64,000 nt of DNA. Origin: Eledone cirrhosa (Eukaryota). A model generated the notes under the pieces. It did no database searches and was not told where the DNA came from. It saw only the letters and a list, made by a program, of their open reading frames with translations. This document shows positions 1 through 13,878 of this stretch, piece after piece. Location of the stretch: positions 49,166,001-49,230,000 of the forward strand of contig OZ024744.1 of NCBI GenBank assembly GCA_964016885.1, read 5' to 3'. The translations under genes were made by a program, and so were the position numbers. Position 1 is the stretch's first letter. The number at the start of each line of letters is the position of its first letter.

Positions 1-3000
1 ACAGTAGTTTCATAGATATATAGTAGAACATAGTCACAGTAGTTTCATAGATATATATAGGTAGAACATAGTCACAGTAGTTTCATAGATATATATAGGT
101 AGAACATAGTCACAGTAGTTTCATAGATATATATAGTAGAACATAGTCACAGTAGTTTCATAGATATATATATAGTAAAACATAGTCACAGTAGTTTCAT
201 AGATATATATAGGTAGAACATAGTCACAGTAGTTTCATATATATATAGGTAGAACATAGTCACAGTAGTTTCATATATATATAGGTAGAACATAGTCACA
301 GCAGTTTCATAGATATATAGGTAGAACATAGTCACAGTAGTTTCATAGATATATATAGGTAGAACATAGTCACAGTAGTTTCATAGATATATATAGGTAG
401 AACATAGTCACAGTAGTTTCATAGATATATAGGTAGAACATAGTCACAGTAGTTTCATATATATATAGGTAGAACATAGTCACAGTAGTTTCATAGATAT
501 ATATAGGTAGAACATAGTCACAGTAGTTTCATAGATATATAGGTAGAACATAGTCACAGTAGTTTCATAGATATATAGGTAGAACATAGTCACAGTAGTT
601 TCATAGATATATATAGGTAGAACATAGTCACAGTAGTTTCATAGATATATATAGGTAGAACATAGTCACAGTAGTTTCATAGATATATATAGGTAGAACA
701 TAGTCACAGTAGTTTCATAGATATATATAGGTAGAACATAGTCACAGTAGTTTCATAGATATATAGGTAGAACATAGTCACAGTAGTTTCATATATATAT
801 ATATAGGTAGAACATAGTCACAGTAATTTCATATATATATATAGGTAGAACATAGTCACAGTAGTTTCATATATATATATAGGTAGAACATAGTCATAGT
901 AGTTTCATAGATATATAGGTAGAACATAGTCACAGTAGTTTCATAGATATATAGTAGAACATAGTCACAGTAGTTTCATATATATATAGGTAGAACATAG
1001 TCACAGTAGTTTCATAGGTATATAGGTAGAACATAGTCACAGTAGTTTCATATATATATATAGGTAGAACATAGTCACAGTAGTTTCATAGATATATAGT
1101 AGAACATAGTCACAGTAGTTTCATAGATATATATATAGTAGAACATAGTCACAGTAGTTTCATAGATATATATATATAGTAGAACATAGTCACAGTAGTT
1201 TCATAGATATATATAGGTAGAACATAGTCACAGTAGTTTCATAGATATATATAGGTAGAACATAGTCACAGTAGTTTCATATATATATATAGGTAGAACA
1301 TAGTCACAGTAGTTTCATAGATATATATAGGTAGAACATAGTCACAGTAGTTTCATAGATATATATAGGTAGAACATAGTCACAGTAGTTTCATATATAT
1401 AAAGGTAGAACATAGTCACAGTAGTTTCATAGATATATAGGTAGAACATAGTCACAGTAGTTTCATAGATATATAGTAGAACATAGTCACAGTAGTTTCA
1501 TAGATATATAGGTAGAACATAGTCACAGTAGTTTCATAGATATATAGGTAGAACATAGTCACAGTAGTTTCATAGATATATATATTGGTAGAACATAGTC
1601 ACAGTAGTTTCATATATATATATATAGGTAGAACATAGTCACAGTAGTTTCATAGATATATAGGTAGAACATAGTCACAGTAGTTTCATAGATATATATA
1701 GGTAGAACATAGTCACAGTAGTTTCGTAGATATATATAGGTAGAACATAGTCACAGTAGTTTCATAGATATATAGGTAGAACATAGTCACAGTAGTTTCA
1801 TAGATATATATAGGGAGAACATAGTCACAGTAGTTTCATAGATATATATAGTAGAACATAGTCACAGTAGTTTCATAGATATATATATAGTAGAACATAG
1901 TCACAGTAGTTTCATAGATATATAGGTAGAACATAGTCACAGTAGTTTCATATATATATATATAGGTAGAACATAGTCACAGTAGTTTCATATATATATA
2001 TAGGTAGAACATAGTCACAGTAGTTTCATATATATATATAGGTAGAACATAGTCACAGTAGTTTCATAGATATATAGGTAGACCATAGTCACAGTAGTTT
2101 CATAGATATATAGTAGAACATAGTCACAGTAGTTTCATATATATATAGGTAGAACATAGTCACAGTAGTTTCATAGGTATATAGGTAGAACATAGTCACA
2201 GTAGTTTCATATATATATATAGGTAGAACATAGTCACAGTAGTTTCATAGATATATAGTAGAACATAGTCACAGTAGTTTCATAGATATATATATATTAG
2301 AACATAGTCACAGTAGTTTCATAGATATATATATATAGTAGAACATAGTCACAGTAGTTTCATAGATATATATAGGTAGAACATAGTCACAGTAGTTTCA
2401 TAGATATATATAGGTAGAACATAGTCACAGTAGTTTCATATATATATAGGTAGAACATAGTCACAGTAGTTTCATAGATATATATAGGTAGAACATAGTC
2501 ACAGTAGTTTCATAGATATATAGGTAGAACATTGTCACAGTAGTTTCATAGATATATATAGGTAGAACATAGTCACAGTAGTTTCATAGATATATAGTAG
2601 AACATAGTCACAGTAGTTTCATAGATATATAGGTAGAACATAGTCACAGTAGTTTCATAGATATACAGGTAGAACATAGTCACAGTAGTTTCATAGATAT
2701 ATAGTAGAACATAGTCACAGTAGTTTCATAGATATATAGGTAGAACATAGTCACAGTAGTTTCATAGATGTATAGGTAGAACATAGTCACAGTAGTTTCA
2801 TATATATATAGGTAGAACATAGTCACAGCAGTTTCATAGATATATATATAGGTAGAACATAGTCACAGTAGTTTCATAGATATATATAGGTAGAACATAG
2901 TCACAGTAGTTTCATATATATATAGGTAGAACATAGTCACAGTAGTTTCATAGATATATATATAGTAGAACATAGTGACAGTAGTTTCATAGATATATAT

Positions 3001-6000
3001 AGGTAGAACATAGTCACAGTAGTTTCATAGATATATAGGTAGAACATAGTCACAGTAGTTTCATACATATATAGGTAGAACATAGTCACAGTAGTTTCAT
3101 AGATATATATAGGTAGAACATAGTCACAGTAGTTTCATAGATATATAGGTAGAACATAGTCACAGTAGTTTCATAGATATATATATATAGTAGAACATAG
3201 TCACAGTAGTTTCATAGATATATAGTAGAACATAGTCACAGTAGTTTCATAGATATATATAGGTAGAACATAGTCACAGTAGTTTCATAGATATATATAG
3301 GTAGAACATAGTCACAGTAGTTTCATAGATATATATAGTAGAACATAGTCACAGTAGTTTCATAGATATATATATAGTAGAACATAGTCACAGTAGTTTC
3401 ATAGATATATATAGGTAGAACATATTCACAGTAGTTTCATAGATATATATAGGTAGAACATAGTCACAGTAGTTTCATAGATATATAGGTAGAACATAGT
3501 CACAGTAGTTTCATATATATATATGTAGAACATAGTCACAGTAGTTTCATAGATATATATAGGTAGAACATAGTCACAGTAGTTTCATAGATATATAGGT
3601 AGAACATAGTCACAGTAGTTTCATAGATATATAGGTAGAACTTAGTCACAGTAGTTTCATAGATATATATAGGTAGAACATAGTCACAGTAGTTTCATAG
3701 ATATATATAGGTAGAACATAGTCACAGTAGTTTCATAGGTATATAGGTAGAACATAGTCACAGTAGTTTCATATATATATATAGGTAGAACATAGTCACA
3801 GTAGTTTCATAGATATATAGTAGAACATAGTCACAGTAGTTTCATAGATATATATATAGTAGAACATAGTCACAGTAGTTTCATAGATATATATATATAG
3901 TAGAACATAGTCACAGTAGTTTCATAGATATATATAGGTAGAACATAGTCACAGTAGTTTCATAGATATATATAGGTAGAACATAGTCACAGTAGTTTCA
4001 TATATATATATAGGTAGAACATAGTCACAGTAGTTTCATAGATATATATAGGTAGAACATAGTCACAGTAGTTTCATAGATATATATAGGTAGAACATAG
4101 TCACAGTAGTTTCATATATATAAAGGTAGAACATAGTCACAGTAGTTTCATAGATATATAGGTAGAACATAGTCACAGTAGTTTCATAGATATATAGTAG
4201 AACATAGTCACAGTAGTTTCATAGATATATAGGTAGAACATAGTCACAGTAGTTTCATAGATATATAGGTAGAACATAGTCACAGTAGTTTCATAGATAT
4301 ATATATTGGTAGAACATAGTCACAGTAGTTTCATATATATATATATAGGTAGAACATAGTCACAGTAGTTTCATAGATATATAGGTAGAACATAGTCACA
4401 GTAGTTTCATAGATATATATAGGTAGAACATAGTCACAGTAGTTTCGTAGATATATATAGGTAGAACATAGTCACAGTAGTTTCATAGATATATAGGTAG
4501 AACATAGTCACAGTAGTTTCATAGATATATATAGGGAGAACATAGTCACAGTAGTTTCATAGATATATATAGTAGAACATAGTCACAGTAGTTTCATAGA
4601 TATATATATAGTAGAACATAGTCACAGTAGTTTCATAGATATATAGGTAGAACATAGTCACAGTAGTTTCATATATATATATATAGGTAGAACATAGTCA
4701 CAGTAGTTTCATATATATATATAGGTAGAACATAGTCACAGTAGTTTCATATATATATATAGGTAGAACATAGTCACAGTAGTTTCATAGATATATAGGT
4801 AGACCATAGTCACAGTAGTTTCATAGATATATAGTAGAACATAGTCACAGTAGTTTCATATATATATAGGTAGAACATAGTCACAGTAGTTTCATAGGTA
4901 TATAGGTAGAACATAGTCACAGTAGTTTCATATATATATATAGGTAGAACATAGTCACAGTAGTTTCATAGATATATAGTAGAACATAGTCACAGTAGTT
5001 TCATAGATATATATATATTAGAACATAGTCACAGTAGTTTCATAGATATATATATATAGTAGAACATAGTCACAGTAGTTTCATAGATATATATAGGTAG
5101 AACATAGTCACAGTAGTTTCATAGATATATATAGGTAGAACATAGTCACAGTAGTTTCATATATATATAGGTAGAACATAGTCACAGTAGTTTCATAGAT
5201 ATATATAGGTAGAACATAGTCACAGTAGTTTCATAGATATATAGGTAGAACATTGTCACAGTAGTTTCATAGATATATATAGGTAGAACATAGTCACAGT
5301 AGTTTCATAGATATATAGTAGAACATAGTCACAGTAGTTTCATAGATATATAGGTAGAACATAGTCACAGTAGTTTCATAGATATACAGGTAGAACATAG
5401 TCACAGTAGTTTCATAGATATATAGTAGAACATAGTCACAGTAGTTTCATAGATATATAGGTAGAACATAGTCACAGTAGTTTCATAGATGTATAGGTAG
5501 AACATAGTCACAGTAGTTTCATATATATATAGGTAGAACATAGTCACAGCAGTTTCATAGATATATATATAGGTAGAACATAGTCACAGTAGTTTCATAG
5601 ATATATATAGGTAGAACATAGTCACAGTAGTTTCATATATATATAGGTAGAACATAGTCACAGTAGTTTCATAGATATATATATAGTAGAACATAGTGAC
5701 AGTAGTTTCATAGATATATATAGGTAGAACATAGTCACAGTAGTTTCATAGATATATAGGTAGAACATAGTCACAGTAGTTTCATACATATATAGGTAGA
5801 ACATAGTCACAGTAGTTTCATAGATATATATAGGTAGAACATAGTCACAGTAGTTTCATAGATATATAGGTAGAACATAGTCACAGTAGTTTCATAGATA
5901 TATATATATAGTAGAACATAGTCACAGTAGTTTCATAGATATATAGTAGAACATAGTCACAGTAGTTTCATAGATATATATAGGTAGAACATAGTCACAG

Positions 6001-9000
6001 TAGTTTCATAGATATATATAGGTAGAACATAGTCACAGTAGTTTCATAGATATATATAGTAGAACATAGTCACAGTAGTTTCATAGATATATATATAGTA
6101 GAACATAGTCACAGTAGTTTCATAGATATATATAGGTAGAACATAGTCACAGTAGTTTCATAGATATATATAGGTAGAACATAGTCACAGTAGTTTCATA
6201 GATATATAGGTAGAACATAGTCACAGTAGTTTCATATATATATATGTAGAACATAGTCACAGTAGTTTCATAGATATATATAGGTAGAACATAGTCACAG
6301 TAGTTTCATAGATATATAGGTAGAACATAGTCACAGTAGTTTCATAGATATATAGGTAGAACTTAGTCACAGTAGTTTCATAGATATATATAGGTAGAAC
6401 ATAGTCACAGTAGTTTCATAGATATATATAGGTAGAACATAGTCACAGTAGTTTCATAGATATATATAGGTAGAACATAGTCACAGTAGTTTCATAGATA
6501 TATATAGGTAGAACATAGTCACAGTAGTTTCATAGATATATAGGTAGAACATAGTCACAGTAGTTTCATATATATATATAGGTAGAACATAGTCACAGTA
6601 GTTTCATATATATATATAGGTAGAACATAGTCACAGTAGTTTCATATATATATAGGTAGAACATAGTCACAGTAGTTTCATAGATATATAGGTAGAACAT
6701 AGTCACAGTAGTTTCATAGATATATAGGTAGAACATAGTCACAGTAGTTTCATATATATATAGGTAGAACATAGTCACAGTAGTTTCATAGGTATATAGG
6801 TAGAACATAGTCACAGTAGTTTCATATATATATATAGGTAGAACATAGTCACAGTAGTTTCATAGATATATAGTAGAACATAGTCACAGTAGTTTCATAG
6901 ATATATATATATAGTAGAACATAGTCACAGTAGTTTCATAGATATATATATATAGTAGAACATAGTCACAGTAGTTTCATAGATATATATAGGATATATA
7001 GGTAGAACATAGTCACAGTAGTTTCATAGATATATATAGGTAGAACATAGTCACAGTAGTTTCATATATATATATAGGTAGAACATAGTCACAGTAGTTT
7101 CATAGATATATATAGGTAGAACATAGTCACAGTAGTTTCATAGATATATATAGGTAGAACATAGTCACAGTAGTTTCATATATATAAAGGTAGAACATAG
7201 TCACAGTAGTTTCATAGATATATAGGTAGAACATAGTCACAGTAGTTTCATAGATATATAGTAGAACATAGTCACAGTAGTTTCATAGATATATAGGTAG
7301 AACATAGTCACAGTAGTTTCATAGATATATAGGTAGAACATAGTCACAGTAGTTTCATAGATATATATATAGGTAGAACATAGTCACAGTACGTTTCATA
7401 TATATATATATAGGTAGAACATAGTCACAGTAGTTTCATAGATATATAGGTAGAACATAGTCACAGTAGTTTCATAGATATATATAGGTAGAACATAGTC
7501 ACAGTAGTTTCAGTAGATATATATAGGTAGAACATAGTCACAGTAGTTTCATATATATATAGGTAGAACATAGTCACAGCAGTTTCATAGATATATATAT
7601 AGGTAGAACATAGTCACAGTAGTTTCATAGATATATATAGGTAGAACATAGTCACAGTAGTTTCATATATATATAGGTAGAACATAGTCACAGTAGTTTC
7701 ATAGATATATATATAGTAGAACATAGTCACAGTAGTTTCATAGATATATATAGGTAGAACATAGTCACAGTAGTTTCACAGATATATAGGTAGAACATAG
7801 TCACAGTAGTTTCATATATATATAGGTAGAACATAGTCACAGTAGTTTCATAGATATATATATAGTAGAACATAGTCACAGTAGTTTCATAGATATATAT
7901 AGGTAGAACATAGTCACAGTAGTTTCATAGATATATAGGTAGAACATAGTCAAAGTAGTTTCATACATATATAGGTAGAACATAGTCACAGTAGTTTCAT
8001 AGATATATATAGGTAGAACATAGTCACAGTAGTTTCATAGATATATAGGTAGAACATAGTCACAGTAGTTTCATAGATATATATATAGTAGAACATAGTC
8101 ACAGTAGTTTCATAGATATATAGGTAGAACATAGTCACAGTAGTTTCATAGATATATATAGGTAGAACATAGTCACAGTAGTTTCATAGATATATATAGG
8201 TAGAACATAGTCACAGTAGTTTCATAGATATATATATAGGTAGAACATAGTCACAGTAGTTTCATAGATATATATAGGTAGAACATAGTCACAGTAGTTT
8301 CATATATATATAGGTAGAACATAGTCACAGTAGTTTCATAGATATATATATAGTAGAACATAGTCACAGTAGTTTCATAGATATATATAGGTAGAACATA
8401 GTCACAGTAGTTTCACAGATATATAGGTAGAACATAGTCACAGTAGTTTCATATATATATAGGTAGAACATAGTCACAGTAGTTTCATAGATATATATAT
8501 AGTAGAACATAGTCACAGTAGTTTCATAGATATATATAGGTAGAACATAGTCACAGTAGTTTCATAGATATATATAGGTAGAACATAGTCACAGTAGTTT
8601 CATACGATATATAGGTAGAACATAGTCACAGTAGTTTCATAGATATATATAGGTAGAACATAGTCACAGTAGTTTCATAGATATATAGGTAGAACATAGT
8701 CACAGTAGTTTCATAGATATATATATAGTAGAACATAGTCACAGTAGTTTCATAGATATATAGGTAGAACATAGTCACAGTAGTTTCATAGATATATATA
8801 GGTAGAACATAGTCACAGTAGTTTCATAGATATATATAGGTAGAACATAGTCACAGTAGTTTCATATATATATAGGTAGAACATAGTCACAGTAGTTTCA
8901 TAGATATATAGGTAGAACATAGTCACAGTAGTTTCATATATATATAGGTAGAACATAGTCACAGTAGTTTCATAGATATATAGGTAGAACATAGTCACAG

Positions 9001-11040
9001 TAGTTTCATAGATATATATATAGGTAGAAAATAGTCACAGTAGTTTCATAGATATATAGTAGAACATAGTCACAGTAGTTTCATAGATATATATATAGTA
9101 GAACATAGTCACAGTAGTTTCATAGATTTATATATATAGTAGAACATAGTCACAGTAGTTTCATAGATATATATAGGTAGAACATAGTCACAGTAGTTTC
9201 ATAGATATATATAGGTAGAACATAGTCACAGTAGTTTCATATATATATATAGGTAGAACATAGTCACAGTAGTTTCATAGATATATATAGGTAGAACATA
9301 GTCACAGTAGTTTCATAGATATATATAGGTAGAACATAGTCACAGTAGTTTCATATATATAAAGGTAGAACATAGTCACAGTAGTTTCATAGATATATAG
9401 GTAGAACATAGTCACAGTAGTTTCATAGATATATAGTAGAACATAGTCACAGTAGTTTCATAGATATATAGGTAGAACATAGTCACAGTAGTTTCATAGA
9501 TATATAGGTAGAACATAGTCACAGTAGTTTCATAGATATATATATAGGTAGAACATAGTCACAGTAGTTTCATATATATATATAGGTAGAACATAGTCAC
9601 AGTAGTTTCATAGATATATAGGTAGAACATAGTCACAGTAGTTTCATAGATATATATAGGTAGAACATAGTCACAGTAGTTTCGTAGATATATATAGGTA
9701 GAACATAGTCACAGTAGTTTCATATATATATAGGTAGAACATAGTCACAGCAGTTTCATAGATATATATATAGGTAGAACATAGTCACAGTAGTTTCATA
9801 GATATATATAGGTAGAACATAGTCACAGTAGTTTCATATATATATAGGTAGAACATAGTCACAGTAGTTTCATAGATATATATATAGTAGAACATAGTCA
9901 CAGTAGTTTCATAGATATATATAGGTAGAACATAGTCACAGTAGTTTCACAGATATATAGGTAGAACATAGTCACAGTAGTTTCATATATATATAGGTAG
10001 AACATAGTCACAGTAGTTTCATAGATATATATATAGTAGAACATAGTCACAGTAGTTTCATAGATATATATAGGTAGAACATAGTCACAGTAGTTTCATA
10101 GATATATAGGTAGAACATAGTCAAAGTAGTTTCATACATATATAGGTAGAACATAGTCACAGTAGTTTCATAGATATATATAGGTAGAACATAGTCACAG
10201 TAGTTTCATAGATATATAGGTAGAACATAGTCACAGTAGTTTCATAGATATATATATAGTAGAACATAGTCACAGTAGTTTCATAGATATATAGTAGAAC
10301 ATAGTCACAGTAGTTTCATAGATATATATAGGTAGAACATAGTCACAGTAGTTTCATATATATATAGGTAGAACATAGTCACAGCAGTTTCATAGATATA
10401 TATATAGGTAGAACATAGTCACAGTAGTTTCATAGATATATATAGGTAGAACATAGTCACAGTAGTTTCATATATATATAGGTAGAACATAGTCACAGTA
10501 GTTTCATAGATATATATATAGTAGAACATAGTCACAGTAGTTTCATAGATATATATAGGTAGAACATAGTCACAGTAGTTTCACAGATATATAGGTAGAA
10601 CATAGTCACAGTAGTTTCATATATATATAGGTAGAACATAGTCACAGTAGTTTCATAGATATATATATAGTAGAACATAGTCACAGTAGTTTCATAGATA
10701 TATATAGGTAGAACATAGTCACAGTAGTTTCATAGATATATATATAGTAGAACATAGTCAAAGTAGTTTCATACATATATAGGTAGAACATAGTCACAGT
10801 AGTTTCATAGATATATATAGGTAGAACATAGTCACAGTAGTTTCATAGATATATAGGTAGAACATAGTCACAGTAGTTTCATAGATATATATATAGTAGA
10901 ACATAGTCACATTAGTTTCATAGATATATAGTAGAACATAGTCACAGTAGTTTCATAGATATATATAGGTAGAACATAGTCACAGTAGTTTCATAGATAT
11001 ATATAGGTAGAACATAGTCACAGTAGTTTCATAGATATAT
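1..11040. repeat. Minisatellite array: 27-nt core GTAGAACATAGTCACAGTAGTTTCATA plus variable (G/T)(AT)n(G) spacer; units ~35-41 bp, roughly 300 units, runs off the window start
   Basis: Read directly; 36-bp units translate to the TMFYLYIYETTV repeat ORFs. Confidence 0.99.
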
Positions 11041-11350
11041 GTTTGATAATGACTACAGATAATCGGGAAAAAAATGAATTTAATTGATTTAAATGGATGT
11101 GAAATGAAATATGGCAATGGCCAGAGTGACAAGCAATTTTACATAATCAATGAATTATTAAATTAATATTTTTTACTTTAAATGCTCTTTGCTCTCTCTC
11201 TGGACTTACTGAAGAAGCACTTACATTTGATATGTTGAAAGCCTCATTTACTTCTTCATCTACTTTTGCAATACACAGAGACACACACACACACGCATAA
11301 AGACACACACATATATATAAATAAATAAATATCTATCTATATATCTATAT

Positions 11351-12000
11351 ATCATCATCATCAACATCATCATTTAATGTCCATCTTCCACGCTTGCATG
11401 GGTTTGGACGGGAGTTTTCCCACTTGAGGCAAGAGTGGTTGTCTTGCTCGCATAGGACTGTCTGGTGGGTTTTCTACGGCTGGATGCCCTTCCTAACACC
11501 AACCACGTTTACAGTGTGGACTGGGAGGTTTTTACCGTCGTACCTACACGGCCACATTACAGCGTGGACTGTGTGTTTTTTTGTCGTGACACCTACACGA
11601 CCTCATTTGTTTTGGACTGGATGTTGTGACACCAACATCACTTTACATTGAAGGGGTGGTGTGGATGGGGTGGGGGTAGTGGGACGGGGTGTATTTTTGT
11701 TAGAAGTGCCTACTGACTGTAGTAGGTTTCACTTTGTACTTAGGTAAGGCGGGTCTTCTGTATGACTGTGTAGCGCCAAAGATCTCGGTCCAGTGACATT
11801 GTCTTGGAGAGGTGTAAGTGTGTGAGGTTGGAATTTATCAAGCCGTCCAAGGTTTTTCTGGGTCTGCCTACTCCGTGGCTACTGTCTATTTTTATCGCCC
11901 TGCACTTTTTTATACAGCTGTCGTCTTTCATGCGCATCACGTGACCATACCAATGTAGTCTTCTCTCGAGTAAACAACATCTGATCCCTCTTATTTCTAA
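11351..12000 (-). mobile_element. RTE-clade LINE 3' fragment with 3'UTR and (GAT)n tail
   Basis: [13 protein letters not shown]...GRPRKT C-terminus; 3'UTR matches 38001-38395. Confidence 0.92.
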
Positions 12001-12008
12001 TATATATA

Positions 12009-12124
<116 letters not shown>

Positions 12125-12752
12125 AACCCATGCAAGCGTGGAAGATAGACGTTAAACGATGATGATGATGATGATACATGTGTGTGTGTGTGTGTATACA
12201 GACATGAAAAGACACACAGAGATGACCCTTGTCAATATCAATCACTTTACATCATTTACTAGGTGTATTTATTGTATAGATTCTATACAATAAATGTTCT
12301 ATACTATAGAACAATGTTAGAGAGATTGTCCTGCTGTTGATACAGCTGAAGAATCCTCTTGACTCTTTTTGGGGTGATTTCTACAGTAGTTACTTTTACA
12401 GGGTCTACTGGGTACATGTTCGTGGAACCAACACCACAGTTTGTGTGTGTGCATATATATATATTCATTGGATTTTCTAATTGGATTTTCACCCCAAAAC
12501 TGGATACCAACCCAGAGTATATCTGAACTTCCACCAGGAAATCTTTAGTATCATTAAAATTTTCTTTGCTGCTTATATATATTTGAAAAAAGGAAAAGAA
12601 TGACTTCACTTGTAGTTCTAAGCAATTTGATTTAATTTTATATTATAATATTATGAGTTGACCAAAACATTCTTTTCCTGTTTTCAAATATATCTAACTG
12701 TACCAAGGACTTCACACATTTTCCAATATATACACACATATATATATATATA

Positions 12753-12926
12753 GAGGCACATGGCTTAGTGGTTAGAGCATTGGCCTTGCAATCGAAAGGT
12801 TGTGTTGTTTCCTTGAGCAAGACACTTTATTTCACATTGCTCCAGTTTACTCAGCTGTAGAAATCAAGCCAGAATCAGTTCCCGTCCCACCCTTGCAAGC
12901 AGGGAAAAGCGGACGTAAAATGAAAT
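12753..12926 (+). mobile_element. tRNA-headed SINE family 1 (CORE-like body, RTE-like tail), internally deleted
   Basis: Box A TGGCTTAGTGG; CCTTGAGCAAGACACTTT body; GCAGGGAAAAGCGGACGTAAAATGA tail. Confidence 0.8.
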
Positions 12927-13077
12927 AATATATATATGTGTATATATATATTAGGGTAAACATTGATGCAATTCAATTCAAGCACTCAACGTACTTTTTC
13001 CACATAGGAGAGACGGAGTAAATATTGAATAAGTAAAAGCGAAGTAGTTTCAGATGTTCAAGTCCTTTAATAATAAT

Positions 13078-13151
13078 GCTGTGATATATATTTCAATGAC
13101 GACACTGGCCACACTGTTCTGTGTGCGAGTGTCGTGACATCATCAGACAGC
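13078..13151 (-). ncRNA. Type I hammerhead ribozyme motif with extended helix II
   Basis: GCUGU-CUGAUGA-[ACGACACU/AGUGUCGU, CACAC/GUGUG]-GAAA-UAUAUA-UC-ACAGC; perfect 5-bp helix I, U-U at base of helix II. Confidence 0.75.
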
Positions 13152-13878
13152 TTGTTACATAATAAGCTTGTTTCCGAGGCAATCCAAATTGAATCGACAT
13201 GGGAACGGACGAAGTTCGTGCTTTTGGGTTTTTCATCCGTTCCCTTGTGAGTACCAATTCACCCCCACCGGTCTGTGCAAGCACATGTCCGAAGGAAGTT
13301 GACCATTAGCACCGCAGATTTCAACGAAATTCACTGTCAGTGGCCCACCTATGCCTTGCCAAAGCTTACTGCTACCATCGCTACTGTGGCAGTCAGCCGA
13401 AAGCCAGAGGGGATGGGAGGGTGTTAGTTTTTATAGGTCATAATACTACCTTTCACTAAGCGTTGACAGTAAGACTGACCATCAACTCATAAGGTAAAAT
13501 AGACTTAATTCTAGGTACTATGGTTTTACATAGTAAGTTAGGAGTGAGAGTTGGGAATAAAAATTAAAATTAAAGGTTAAAATCCTAAATCAAATATCAG
13601 AGATTATAAATTAAACAATAAGGAATTCAAAAATTCTAAATTCAAAAATTTTTCAAGTGATAATTCGGATTAAGTAAAGATATACATTGAAGTGAGTAAA
13701 CAACAACACACACATCAACAACAACAACAATAGCAACATACCCAGATACAACAACAACAGACACGCAGACACAAACAACAATAACAACACACACAACAGC
13801 GATAACACACACGGAGACAACAACAACAACACACATCAACAACAACACACATCAACAACAACAACACACACGCATTCA

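Noticed and set aside
1-11040. CRISPR-like repeat/spacer array and ORFs 6593-6814, 8813-8998
   Set aside because: Spacers are only (TA)n, there are no cas genes and the context is eukaryotic; the ORFs are translations of 36-bp units
11205-11255. CTGAAGA..GAAA hammerhead-like motif
   Set aside because: Helix II is plausible but there is no helix I pairing
12304-12609. 101-aa minus-strand ORF as a host exon
   Set aside because: No recognisable domain and no convincing splice sites; cannot be supported
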